Origin: an uncultured Pseudomonadales bacterium
GTDB taxonomy: Bacteria > Patescibacteriota > Microgenomatia > UBA1400 > UBA12028
Assembly (NCBI GenBank): GCA_964635905.1
Contig: CAZWPK010000001.1
Location: 4,894-68,893 of the forward strand
Direction: 5' to 3'
Length of the DNA: 64,000 nucleotides
Below the pieces are notes generated by a model. That model worked only from the letters and a program-made list of their open reading frames with translations. It was not told the origin of the DNA and ran no database searches. Both the position numbers and the translations under genes were made by a program. Numbering within the stretch: the stretch's first letter is position 1; each line of letters starts with the position of its first letter. This document shows positions 9,152 to 18,734 of this stretch, in pieces.

Positions 9152-10183
9152 TCAGTTGATCTGCGGTAATATGACCGTAAACGTACTTCCTTTGCCAAGC
9201 TGGCTCTTAACGACAATTTGACCGTGATGCTTATGGACAATCGATCGTGCAATCGCCAACCCTAACCCGTAACCAGAATTGCGTTGAGAAGATCTCGAAG
9301 GATCCACACGATAGAAACGCCGAAAAATTTTCGGGATAGAGGACTCTGCAATACCGATTCCTTGATCGTGAAACTCAATATGGACGAATGTTTTAGATCG
9401 TTTGATCCGAATTCTAATTGTTGTCCGCGGATTGCTATACTTAATCGCATTATCCAAAATAATGAAAAAGACTTGAAACAATCCCTCTTCATTCGCTCGT
9501 ACTAGTGTGTGTTTGCCTTCCAGGGTGACTGTAATGTTTTTTGACTGCGTCTGTGACTGGAGCTTTTTTTGTACGGAAGTAAGTACGTCAACGATTTTCA
9601 CTTCCTGAAAAGTAATCGGTTGAGGATGGTGGTTGTGGTAGGAAAGTTGAAGTAACGATTCTGACAATAGTTGGAGTCGATTTACTTCTTGGATGCTTTC
9701 AGTGGCCAGTTCGTCCGCCGTTTTGATCGTGCGGTTGCGATCACGCAAATACACTTCATAGGCAATTTTTAATGAAGTGAGAGGAGTCTTTAATTCATGG
9801 GAGGCATCCGTAATAAAGCGATGTTGATCCTCAACCATCGACTGTATTGGGGAGAGGGTTTTGCCCGCTAACAAGTAGCCCAGGATTCCTGAGAGTAGCA
9901 CGACACTCCCATTGACTGTTAATAGATGGAGAAACAGTCGGTTTTTAATTTCCTCTACGAGATCATCATCTCCGTAGGAAGCTTGAGGAAGTAATGGAAT
10001 TGACGGACTGATATAGTCATACGGACGAACATATCGTCGCTCGAGACGTAAGCGCTGTAAACGGTCGAAGCGTTCTACTTCAGAAATCCAGACCTGGAAA
10101 ATGACAAGACTAAACGACAGACTAATTACCAAGATAATCAGTGAGTACCATGCTGTTAGTTTAAGTCTGGCGGATCGAAACAT
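9152..10183 (-). CDS. two-component sensor histidine kinase (membrane-anchored; HisKA + HATPase_c)
   Basis: H-box ASHELKTPLTSLK, and N/G1/G2 boxes (DNAIKYS, DQGIGI, GYGLGLAIARSIV). N-terminal TM segments. Lies 6 nt downstream of its response regulator. Confidence 0.8.
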   Translation of the reverse strand: MFRSARLKLTAWYSLIILVISLSFSLVIFQVWISEVERFDRLQRLRLERRYVRPYDYISPSIPLLPQASYGDDDLVEEIKNRLFLHLLTVNGSVVLLSGILGYLLAGKTLSPIQSMVEDQHRFITDASHELKTPLTSLKIAYEVYLRDRNRTIKTADELATESIQEVNRLQLLSESLLQLSYHNHHPQPITFQEVKIVDVLTSVQKKLQSQTQSKNITVTLEGKHTLVRANEEGLFQVFFIILDNAIKYSNPRTTIRIRIKRSKTFVHIEFHDQGIGIAESSIPKIFRRFYRVDPSRSSQRNSGYGLGLAIARSIVHKHHGQIVVKSQLGKGSTFTVILPQIN

Positions 10184-10189
10184 AGCAAT

Positions 10190-10861
10190 CTACCCAATTT
10201 TGTAGCCAAAGCCTCGTACGGTTGTAATGAGCGGTTCGAATTCTTTGAAGGGTTTATCAATTTTGTTACGAAGATTTCGAATGTACACTTCAATCGTATT
10301 GGGTAAAATATCTGCCTCATAATTCCAACTATTACGGATGATTTGATCTTTACTTAAGATTGAGTTGGCGTTGCGCATTAAAAATTCCAGTAAGGAGAAT
10401 TCCTTCGCAGAGAGGCTGATTGGTATTTTATTGCGTTCAACTTGAAAGGAATGGAGATCTAAAGTCAAATTCTTGACGCGCAACTTTGTTGAACGTGTCT
10501 GTGTTGGTCTACGTAGGAGGGCCGTGATGCGCGCTAATAATTCTTCAAAGGAAAATGGTTTAGTCAGGTAATCATCCGCACCTTCTTGTAGCCCTGTGAC
10601 TTTGTCTTGAATTTGATCTTTAGCAGTTAGTATTAATATGGGGGTATGAATTCCGGTACTCCGGATTTCTTTACAGACGGCAATTCCATCAAGTTTTGGC
10701 AGCATTAAATCTAGAAGGATCAGATCATACGGCTCGTTGGTTGCAAGATCCAGTCCGGTTTCTCCATCAAACGCCAGATCTACGATATAGTGTTCCTGTT
10801 CCAATCCCTTTTTAAGCGTGGTTGCAATTCGGTGTTCATCTTCAATAACCAGGATGCGCAT
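10190..10861 (-). CDS. OmpR/PhoB-family response regulator (REC + winged-helix)
   Basis: MRILVIEDEHR, DLILLDLMLP, receiver Asp and Lys. C-terminal winged helix (LTAKEFSLLEFL...VRGFGYKI). A TATAAT box lies 8 nt upstream of the ATG. Confidence 0.85.
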   Translation of the reverse strand: MRILVIEDEHRIATTLKKGLEQEHYIVDLAFDGETGLDLATNEPYDLILLDLMLPKLDGIAVCKEIRSTGIHTPILILTAKDQIQDKVTGLQEGADDYLTKPFSFEELLARITALLRRPTQTRSTKLRVKNLTLDLHSFQVERNKIPISLSAKEFSLLEFLMRNANSILSKDQIIRNSWNYEADILPNTIEVYIRNLRNKIDKPFKEFEPLITTVRGFGYKIG

Positions 10862-10976
10862 AGGAGCTCATTATACGCCGTGGGCTGAATTTTTACTGAA
10901 AACTGACTGAACAGCTCCATGCCTCTGTCGGGAGGACATCTCTTCCTTTTCAGGGCATTCCTGTCACAATAACACC

Positions 10977-11315
10977 ATGGATATCAACAGCGTTTGCCCC
11001 GTTTGCCATCGTAGTGCGCTTCCTGAATATTACTTTTGTCCCAACTGTGGAAAGAATTTAAAACCAGTTCCACTTTCAACCACGGTTCTCAAACAACTGG
11101 GACTCTATATTGGCAGCGTGGTACTCATGCCACTAGGATTGATTTGGGGGCTTCGTTATCTCAAAGAGTCTACTCTGAAAGCAAAACTGATTGGCTGGGC
11201 GTGTATCGTGATTACCATTGTTTCCTTTGTGATCATCAGTGTGGTGCTGTTTAATACAATCCGGGAAGTGAATGAACAAGTTAATCAACAGCTGAATGGA
11301 TTGTCGGGATTTTAA
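10977..11315 (+). CDS. zinc-ribbon domain membrane protein
   Basis: CPVCHRS...CPNCG double CxxC at the N-terminus, followed by two TM helices. 112 aa. Confidence 0.45.
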   Translation: MDINSVCPVCHRSALPEYYFCPNCGKNLKPVPLSTTVLKQLGLYIGSVVLMPLGLIWGLRYLKESTLKAKLIGWACIVITIVSFVIISVVLFNTIREVNEQVNQQLNGLSGF

Positions 11316-11444
11316 TCCCCGATCTATCAACCCGTTTGCGTCTTCACTATAATCGAGGCTATGCGTGTATCGTTCGCTTCGCCCTCCAGTCTAGTAAAGA
11401 ATCACTTTACACTATTTGCCCGTAGTATCGAATTTTCCGAGATT

Positions 11445-12419
11445 ATGGAGAATTTCATTCTCTCTTCCGTTACGACCATTATTGTGGTTCGGATTTTTTT
11501 ACGTTTAACTGGATACCCTCAGCTTGGAGGCGGGGGATTACATATTGCCCATATGTTATGGGGAGGATTGTTTCTAGCTCTGGCGTTACTAATCTCTGTA
11601 TCCTTCTTAAACAAGGAGGCAAAACGACTGTCCGTAGTGCTTGGAGGCATTGGTTTTGGGCTGTTTATCGATGAAATTGGAAAGTTTGTTACCAGCGACA
11701 ATAATTATTTCTATCAGCCCACACTCGCACTTATTTATCTTGTCTTTGTGCTTCTCTTCTTTTCTTTTCGATTCATCATGTCCCATCAAGCACTCTCCCC
11801 CCATGAATATGCGATGAATGCAGTGGAGGAAATGAAAGAAGTGCTGTACCTTGACTTAGATGACGATGAAAAACAACGCACCTTGCAGTATCTACAAAAA
11901 AGTGACGCGAGTAATCCTTTAGTTAAAACATTGATTCAAACGCTTGAGACCGTAGTCCCACACACGCAGCAAAAAGATATCTCCATTTTTTTTGTGATTA
12001 AAAAGAAGATCCGCTCGTTATATTGGAACTATGGGAAACGAGCGGCAATCGCTCGCATAATTGCGGTTTGTTTTATTTTGTTATCCTTGTATCGCCTGGT
12101 GGCTGCGATACAAAGTTTAGAATGGACCTGGAATTTTTGGATTTGGGGAAGCCAACTGGGATCTATTTTTGTTTCAATTTGGATTTTACAAGGATTTCTT
12201 GCGTATCAACGAAAACAAAAAGTATTGGCTTTGCGTCATTTTCAACGAGCGGTAGTGATTTCCATTCTCGTGGTACAAATCTTTGATTTCTATCATGATG
12301 AGCTTTTAGCTCTCATTGGATTAGTTTTTGGGGGAATTAGTTACATCACCTTAGAATATCTGATCTCGGAGGAACGTATTGATCGACTTTCACAACGCAC
12401 TCTTACCCCACATCCGTAA
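11445..12419 (+). CDS. hypothetical polytopic membrane protein
   Basis: Long ORF in the same orientation 126 nt after the zinc-ribbon gene, with several hydrophobic helices. Start set at the ATG at 11445 (MENFILSS). No recognisable catalytic motif. Confidence 0.4.
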   Translation: MENFILSSVTTIIVVRIFLRLTGYPQLGGGGLHIAHMLWGGLFLALALLISVSFLNKEAKRLSVVLGGIGFGLFIDEIGKFVTSDNNYFYQPTLALIYLVFVLLFFSFRFIMSHQALSPHEYAMNAVEEMKEVLYLDLDDDEKQRTLQYLQKSDASNPLVKTLIQTLETVVPHTQQKDISIFFVIKKKIRSLYWNYGKRAAIARIIAVCFILLSLYRLVAAIQSLEWTWNFWIWGSQLGSIFVSIWILQGFLAYQRKQKVLALRHFQRAVVISILVVQIFDFYHDELLALIGLVFGGISYITLEYLISEERIDRLSQRTLTPHP

Positions 12420-12442
12420 CAATTTTGGTACTATACCAGCGT

Positions 12443-12859
12443 ATGATAAAACCCCTTCAAGCTTCTAGCGTTCAAGACTATATCAATCAAATTGAGGAGC
12501 CTAGAAAGAAAGAGATTGAGTCGCTACATGCCCTCATTTCCTCGACCCTGCCTGCTTTACCGGCATCGATTCAATACAACATGATCGGGTATGGGACCTA
12601 CCATTATCGGTACGCAACAGGGAGAGAAGGAGATGCTCCCATCATCGCTTTAGCAAGTCAAAAAAACTATATCTCAATTTATGCACACGCAGTCACGACA
12701 GAAGGAAAATATTTGGCTGAGTCGTATGCGGATAACCTAGGAAAGGTGAGTGTGGGGAAGAGCTGTATCCGATTCAAGCGCCTAGAGGATATCAACACTT
12801 CTGTGTTAACACAGCTTCTCAAGGAGTCCGAGAAGCTTGTCGGATCAATAACGCGGTAA
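12443..12859 (+). CDS. DUF1801 (YdhG-like) domain protein
   Basis: The shape MIKPL..VQDYINQIEEPRKKEIESLHALI...ISIYAH is typical of DUF1801. The track start at 12425 is a TTG. The first ATG is at 12443. Confidence 0.45.
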   Translation: MIKPLQASSVQDYINQIEEPRKKEIESLHALISSTLPALPASIQYNMIGYGTYHYRYATGREGDAPIIALASQKNYISIYAHAVTTEGKYLAESYADNLGKVSVGKSCIRFKRLEDINTSVLTQLLKESEKLVGSITR

Positions 12860-12862
12860 TCC

Positions 12863-12895
12863 AAAAAGGGCCGGTATTGCTACCAGCCCTTTTCT
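12863..12895. terminator. bidirectional intrinsic terminator between convergent genes
   Basis: AAAAGGGCCGGTA-ttgc-TACCAGCCCTTTTC. A 9-bp stem with one mismatch, flanked by an A-run on one side and a T-run on the other. Confidence 0.5.
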
Positions 12896-12914
12896 TGATT
12901 CTTAATAAATGGAA

Positions 12915-13289
12915 TTACCAGTTATTGGAACGACCACCACGGTCTCCGCCGCGTCGGTCTCCGCCGCCGAATCCACCACGGGATCCACCAGATGAAGAAC
13001 CACCGCGATAACTGTTTTCGCGAGGTTGGATTGGTCGAGCAATGGTAACGTTCATTTCACGTTCTCCCATTTGCTTACCATTCATTCCTGCTAAAGCAGC
13101 TTGTGCAGCTTCTTCAGTAGCAAATTCCACGAAAGCAAATCCTTTGGATCGGCCTGTGAATTTATCGGAAATCAGTTTTACATCGGTGATCTCTCCGAAT
13201 TCTGAGAACATCGAACGGAGTTCATCTTCCGTTGTAGAATAGGGAAGGTTCCCTACGTATAATTTTTTTGGGTTGACTTGGTCAGTCAT
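12915..13289 (-). CDS. RRM-type RNA-binding protein with C-terminal Gly/Arg-rich tail
   Basis: RNP2 LYVGNLPY and RNP1 KGFAFVEF motifs. C-terminus GGSSSGGSRGGFGGGDRRGGDRGGR. Confidence 0.85.
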   Translation of the reverse strand: MTDQVNPKKLYVGNLPYSTTEDELRSMFSEFGEITDVKLISDKFTGRSKGFAFVEFATEEAAQAALAGMNGKQMGEREMNVTIARPIQPRENSYRGGSSSGGSRGGFGGGDRRGGDRGGRSNNW

Positions 13290-13551
13290 AGTACCCTTTC
13301 TTTCACACGTTTTAAGCCTGCGAACAAACGCGTGATACTTTCACTGTTGACGTGGTACTTGACGTATCAAAGCAAGAAACTTTGCAAAAGGCAGTAACCA
13401 ATTCAAGCAGGCAACAGTCATTATATCCTATAGCCAGCCGTAAAGCTAGTGTGAGCTTCCCGTCAACCGCAATGCTTATCTGTATCCTACACCACTATCA
13501 AGGTGTGATAGGGTAAGAATCGTATTACACCTATCCCTGTTAACGCCCTGA

Positions 13552-15648
13552 CTAGAGCAAAATTCGTGCATCTAAGACCCGTACGCCTTCTCCCTTAGGG
13601 AGCACAAGCAAGGGATTAATATCCAACTCCTTAATTTCCGGGTGATCGATCAGGAGCGCAGAGATTTTCCCTAAGGACTGACAAACGGCATCCACATCAA
13701 ACTTGGCTTGTCCTCGAGCTCCATTGAGGAGGGCAAAGGAAGAGAGACGCTGAATCATTTGCAATGAAAACTCCTGTGAAAGAGGTGCAAATCCCAGGGA
13801 AATATCCTTAAAGACCTCAACATAGATTCCACCCAATCCCACGAGTACGGTTTTTCCTAATCCTTCCACGGTGTTCCCACCGACGATAAGTTCGACTCCA
13901 TTGGCTGGTGCCATTTCCACTGCAAGTACACCGGTTAATTTAGCATTCGGGACATTTCTCTGAACACGCTCTAGTAACGTTTGGTACATCTCTGGAATCT
14001 TATCTGGGTTTACAGAAAGCAGGACTCCTCCCACATCACTCTTATGCAAGATATCCGGTGAGATGATTTTTAACGCCACCGGGTGCGTGAACTGGGTTGC
14101 TGCATGTTCTGCATCCTCAAGTGTGAACAATTCCTGACTTTGAAGTAAGGGGAGTCCATACTCGGAAAGAATGCTTAAGCTGTCGACCTCAGAAAGATGA
14201 TCCAAACCTTGGTTCGCTGCAGCGGATAAAACATCTTGGACCTTTGAGGTGTGGGACACATCAGAGGTGAACGGGTGGCTGGCAGGTTGTGCACTCCATT
14301 CAACAAAGTGATGCAAGGCCCCAAGACCGCGCGCTGCAAGTTCAGGAAAGGCGGTCGTACTTATTTTTGCTTCTTCCAGGATTTGGACGGCAGACGCTAC
14401 CGTTTGCTGTCCCATGAATGAAGCCACTACCGGAATAGAACTCTGTTGTTTATAAGTTACCAATGCCTGGGCAGTTTCTTCTGGTTCTGTCATACTTTGA
14501 GGAGTCAAAATCACTAAAACTGCTTCTGTCTCTGGTGAATCGGAGATAACCTTGAGTGTTTGTTGATAGCGATCCGCCTTTGCATCGCCCAAGATATCAA
14601 CCGGGTTTTTCGTGCTTGCGGCAGCGGGGAGAAACGATTGTAAAGCTTTCTGCGTTTTTTCTGTCAGGGGCGAGACTTTTAAGCCACTTTTTATCACTTC
14701 ATCGGTAGCAATGACACCTGGTCCACCGGCATTGGTGACTATGGTAACGGAATGGACATCTTTTAAGGGATTTTGGGAGAAAATCACTAAAAACTCAATC
14801 AGTTCTCGAATGGTATTTGCGCGAATCACACCACTCTGAGCAAACAAGGCATCATACGCACTGTCTCCACCCGAGAGTGACCCGGTGTGGGAGGCAATCG
14901 CTGCAGCTCCGGCACTCGTTCGTCCTGACTTCAGCATGAAAATGGGTTTGGGATTTTCTCCTTGCGTTACGCGTTTACAGACGTCGATGAATCGTGGTGC
15001 ATCAGTTAACTGCTCCACATACATGGCGATGACTTTCGTTTGAGGGTCGCTTGCAAAGTATTCTAGTAAGGTACTTTCATCCACACAAGCTTTGTTCCCG
15101 ATACTCATGAATTTTGAAAATCCTAGATGTGCTTCTCGTGCGTAATCCAGAACGCTGGTACACAGCGCTCCGCTTTGTGAGGCAAAGGCAACATTTCCAA
15201 ACTCCGGCATGATGCCAGCAAATGACGCATTCATCGAGATTTCTGGATTGATGACGCCCAAACAGTTTGGACCAATGAGGGTAACGTTATGCTCTTTACA
15301 GGTTTCAATCACGGATTCCTCTAGTGCGAGATTTCCGACTTCTTTAAATCCTGCCGAGATAATGATTGCGGCAGTCGCTCCTTTGTCAGCCGCCTGGGCA
15401 ATGGCTTCAGGAACCACAGCCGCAGGAATGGCAATGACTGCCAAATCAATGGACTCATTGATCGCATCAAGGGAGGGGTACATCGGGAGGCCATAGAGCG
15501 TCTGTGCTTTTGGGTTTACTGGAAAGATCTTGCCTGCAAACCCTTGAGTAACGAGATTTTTTACCACATCGTTTCCAACCGATTTTTCTTTGGTGGAGGC
15601 GCCAATCACCGCAATAGATTTGGGGTAAAAGAGTGAGTTAAATTGCAT
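13552..15648 (-). CDS. acetate--CoA ligase (ADP-forming), fused alpha/beta subunits (NDP-forming acyl-CoA synthetase family)
   Basis: 698 aa. N-terminal CoA-binding and succinyl-CoA-synthetase-like region (SIAVIGASTKEKSVG, phospho-His loop region SGALCTS..GxxAAIASHTGSLSG). C-terminal ATP-grasp region. Immediately downstream of pflA. Confidence 0.8.
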   Translation of the reverse strand: MQFNSLFYPKSIAVIGASTKEKSVGNDVVKNLVTQGFAGKIFPVNPKAQTLYGLPMYPSLDAINESIDLAVIAIPAAVVPEAIAQAADKGATAAIIISAGFKEVGNLALEESVIETCKEHNVTLIGPNCLGVINPEISMNASFAGIMPEFGNVAFASQSGALCTSVLDYAREAHLGFSKFMSIGNKACVDESTLLEYFASDPQTKVIAMYVEQLTDAPRFIDVCKRVTQGENPKPIFMLKSGRTSAGAAAIASHTGSLSGGDSAYDALFAQSGVIRANTIRELIEFLVIFSQNPLKDVHSVTIVTNAGGPGVIATDEVIKSGLKVSPLTEKTQKALQSFLPAAASTKNPVDILGDAKADRYQQTLKVISDSPETEAVLVILTPQSMTEPEETAQALVTYKQQSSIPVVASFMGQQTVASAVQILEEAKISTTAFPELAARGLGALHHFVEWSAQPASHPFTSDVSHTSKVQDVLSAAANQGLDHLSEVDSLSILSEYGLPLLQSQELFTLEDAEHAATQFTHPVALKIISPDILHKSDVGGVLLSVNPDKIPEMYQTLLERVQRNVPNAKLTGVLAVEMAPANGVELIVGGNTVEGLGKTVLVGLGGIYVEVFKDISLGFAPLSQEFSLQMIQRLSSFALLNGARGQAKFDVDAVCQSLGKISALLIDHPEIKELDINPLLVLPKGEGVRVLDARILL

Positions 15649-15657
15649 AAAAACCTT

Positions 15658-16392
15658 TCATGAGGCCACGACAACCGTCTTAAAATACTTGGCAAACACC
15701 AATCGAACCTGCTCCACGGACTCTGCCGTTGGCGGAGTAACTCCAGATAATGGGTTGGGTAATCCCATGGCCTCATACTTATGCACACCTAACGTGTGAT
15801 AGGGAAGGATCTCAACGCGCTGAATTGTTTGGTAGGACGTAAACGTTTGAGCCCATTCGTGAACGTAGTTTGGCTGATCTGTCCAACCAGGAACAAGGAC
15901 GTACCGAAGCCAAAGAGGTTTTCCACTAGCTTCTCGATAGGCAGCATTTTTGAGGACATTTGCATTCCCCCCGCCGGTAAGCTTTTTATGGAAGGCATCA
16001 TTAATGTGTTTGACATCTAAAATGACCAGGTCCGTCAGATCATACAACTGACGGACTACCGATGAATGAATAAACCCATTCGTGTCTAAGGCTATATGAA
16101 ATCCCTTGGCTTTTGCTTGAATGCATAGCTCAATGAGCTCTTGGGCTTGAACGGTTGGTTCTCCACCAGAAAGCGTGAGTCCTCCCGTGGTTTTAAAATA
16201 GGGACGTTGCTTTTCAAGTTGATCTAAAATTTCGGTTGGACTCATGAGGAGATTCTCTGCGGTCTGCATTGCTTGGGTATCCGGGTTGTGACAGTACACA
16301 CACCGTAATGGGCAGCCTTGCAAAAACACCACCAGCCGAATGCCTGGACCATCGTGAGTGCCGAAGGTTTCAATCGAATGAACGGAAAGCAT
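15658..16392 (-). CDS. pflA: pyruvate formate-lyase activating enzyme (glycyl-radical activase, radical SAM)
   Basis: CPLRCVYCHNPDT radical-SAM cluster motif. 244 aa. Adjacent to pflB. Confidence 0.85.
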   Translation of the reverse strand: MLSVHSIETFGTHDGPGIRLVVFLQGCPLRCVYCHNPDTQAMQTAENLLMSPTEILDQLEKQRPYFKTTGGLTLSGGEPTVQAQELIELCIQAKAKGFHIALDTNGFIHSSVVRQLYDLTDLVILDVKHINDAFHKKLTGGGNANVLKNAAYREASGKPLWLRYVLVPGWTDQPNYVHEWAQTFTSYQTIQRVEILPYHTLGVHKYEAMGLPNPLSGVTPPTAESVEQVRLVFAKYFKTVVVAS

Positions 16393-16397
16393 AAAAA

Positions 16398-18623
16398 TTA
16401 CATCTGATCGTGGAACGTTCGTGCAATGACTTCGAGCTGATGTGCACGTGATAACCGGACAAAGTTCACGGCATAGCCGGAAACTCGAATGGTTAGTTGC
16501 GGATAATGTTCTGGATGTTCCATGGCATCGACTAAGGTTTCTTTATTCAACACATTGACATTGAGATGATGTGCATGTTTGCCAAAGTAGCCATCTAGTA
16601 ATGAAACAAGGTTTTCAACGCGATCAGTAGTCGTGTGGCCTAACGAATTCGGAATGATCGAAAAGGTGTTTGAGATCCCATCGCGTGCGTCATCATAGGA
16701 AAGTTTGGCAACGGAATTTAGAGAAGCAATTGCTCCACTATTATCACGACCATGCATCGGATTGGCTCCAGGAGCGAAAGGTTCGCCTTGTTTGCGTCCG
16801 TCTGGAGTTGCACCGGTCTTTTTCCCATAGACGACATTGGAGGTAATGGTGAGGACGGAGAGCGTAGCCATCGCGTCCCGATAGATTGTATGTTTGTGCA
16901 ACTCTTGATTGATGTCATGAACGAGCTCTTTGGCAATTGTATCAACGTCTTCTTGATCGTTTCCGTACTTGGGATAGTCACCGGCAACGTGGAAATCGAT
17001 CGTTAGTCCCTGATCATTGCGAATGGGAGTCACGCTGGCATAGCGAATGGCCGAGAGAGAATCAGCAGTGACAGAAAGTCCTGCAATTCCGAATGCCATT
17101 TTCCGTTTCACTTTGCTATCCATAAATGCCATTAGCGAGCGTTCATAATAATATTTATCATGCATGTAATGGATGACATTCATGGTGTTGACATAGCTAT
17201 CCGCCAAAAAGGACATGGCTTTATCAAAACGAACCCGGACTTCTTCATAGTCCAACTTTCCTTCTGGAAGGGGAGCGATTTCCGGAATAATCTGAATCCC
17301 TGTTAATTCATCCCGACCTTCGTTAAGGGCGAGGAGTAGCGTTTTGGCTAAATTACAGCGAGCGCCAAAAAACTGCATGGTTTTTCCAGTTTCCATCATG
17401 GAAACGCAGCAGGCAATACAATAGTCATCGGTGTGTTCACAGTCACGCATGACATCATCATTTTCATATTGGAGTGAGGAGGTATCGATAGAAACTTGGC
17501 TACAAAATGATTTAAACCCCTCTGGAAGTTGTTCGGACCATAAGATCGTTAAGTTGGGTTCTGGGGCAGGTCCTAAATTGTATAAGGTCTGCAAGAAACG
17601 GAAACTTGTTTTTGTGACTTTATGACGTCCATCCAGTAGTTTTCCGCCAATGGATTCCGTTACCCAGGTGGGATCTCCGGCAAAGAGCTGATTGTATTCT
17701 TCCATTCGTAGGTGGCGAACAAAGCGTAGTTTCATCACAAAGTGATCAACTAGTTCTTGAGCTTGTTTTTCTGTTAGAGAGCCACTCTGTAAATCCCGTT
17801 CAATGTAAATATCAAAAAATGAGCTGACATTCCCAAGACTCATTGCCGCGCCATCTTGCTCTTTAATTCCGGCAAGATAGGCAAAATACGTCCATTGCAT
17901 GGCTTCCTGTGCAGATTGGGCAGGTCGACTGACATCGAATCCATAGGAAGTGGCCATGGCCTTAATATCTTCTAACGCCCGTATCTGTTCTGACACTTCT
18001 TCACGCAGCCGAATGAGTTCATCGGTCATGTGGCCATCCAACTGTTTTTTATCCTGTTGTTTTGCTGCGATTAAAGCATCGGCACCATACAGTGCCAGTC
18101 GACGGTAATCACCAATAATTCGACCGCGTCCATAGTTATCAGGAAGTCCAGTCAGCACACCAGTTTTTCGTAGTTTTCGCATGGTATCGGTGTAGGCATC
18201 AAACACGCCATCGTTATGTGTTTTTCGATACGTTGTGCAGAGTTTGATTACCGCTGGATCAAGTTTTTTACCCGCCTCAATGCAGGCTTGTTCGACAATC
18301 CGCCAACCTCCAAACGGTTTAATCGATCGTTTAAGAGGTTTATCAGTTTGAAATCCAACAATCTTTTCTAGTTTTTGATCAACATATCCTGGTTTGTGGC
18401 TCGTGATGGAGGAAATGGTTTTTGTATCGATGGAGAGGATTCCTCCATTCTTTCGTTCTTTGGAGAGGATTTGTAGGAATTTTTTCCAGAGTTTCTTCGT
18501 GGTGATGGTTGGGCCCGTGAGAAAAGAAGCATCTCCATCGTAGGGAGTAAGATTGGAAAGTAAGAAGTCTCGAACATCGATCGATTCTTGCCATCGTCCT
18601 GCACGAAATGAAGCAGTTGCCAT
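16398..18623 (-). CDS. pflB: formate C-acetyltransferase (pyruvate formate-lyase, glycyl radical enzyme)
   Basis: 741 aa. C-terminal glycine-radical motif RVSGYAVNF. Active-site CC ([10 protein letters not shown]). RBS GAAAGGAAG upstream of the ATG. Confidence 0.9.
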   Translation of the reverse strand: MATASFRAGRWQESIDVRDFLLSNLTPYDGDASFLTGPTITTKKLWKKFLQILSKERKNGGILSIDTKTISSITSHKPGYVDQKLEKIVGFQTDKPLKRSIKPFGGWRIVEQACIEAGKKLDPAVIKLCTTYRKTHNDGVFDAYTDTMRKLRKTGVLTGLPDNYGRGRIIGDYRRLALYGADALIAAKQQDKKQLDGHMTDELIRLREEVSEQIRALEDIKAMATSYGFDVSRPAQSAQEAMQWTYFAYLAGIKEQDGAAMSLGNVSSFFDIYIERDLQSGSLTEKQAQELVDHFVMKLRFVRHLRMEEYNQLFAGDPTWVTESIGGKLLDGRHKVTKTSFRFLQTLYNLGPAPEPNLTILWSEQLPEGFKSFCSQVSIDTSSLQYENDDVMRDCEHTDDYCIACCVSMMETGKTMQFFGARCNLAKTLLLALNEGRDELTGIQIIPEIAPLPEGKLDYEEVRVRFDKAMSFLADSYVNTMNVIHYMHDKYYYERSLMAFMDSKVKRKMAFGIAGLSVTADSLSAIRYASVTPIRNDQGLTIDFHVAGDYPKYGNDQEDVDTIAKELVHDINQELHKHTIYRDAMATLSVLTITSNVVYGKKTGATPDGRKQGEPFAPGANPMHGRDNSGAIASLNSVAKLSYDDARDGISNTFSIIPNSLGHTTTDRVENLVSLLDGYFGKHAHHLNVNVLNKETLVDAMEHPEHYPQLTIRVSGYAVNFVRLSRAHQLEVIARTFHDQM

Positions 18624-18695
18624 ATCTTCCTTTCACGACACATTGAAAACATTTTCCCTGAAGAAGATATCGTAACTCTAGAGGTTCGAATAAAA

Positions 18696-18711
18696 TGTGA
18701 TAGTTATCACT
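18696..18711. promoter_or_regulatory. Crp/Fnr-type palindromic site TGTGAtagttaTCACt (GTGAT-N4-ATCAC), between divergent pflB and crp/fnr genes
   Basis: Perfect 14-bp inverted repeat GTGATAgtTATCAC read directly. Followed by TATACT at 18722-18727, 7 nt before the regulator's ATG. Confidence 0.45.
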
Positions 18712-18734
18712 TTTTTGGCAGTATACTGTCATCT

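Noticed and set aside
18681-18695. GGTTCGAAT, resembling a tRNA T-loop, in the pflB/crp intergenic region
   Set aside because: No acceptor stem, D-arm or anticodon arm can be formed from the flanking sequence, and it is not followed by CC. Not a tRNA. No tRNA or rRNA genes were found anywhere in the window.
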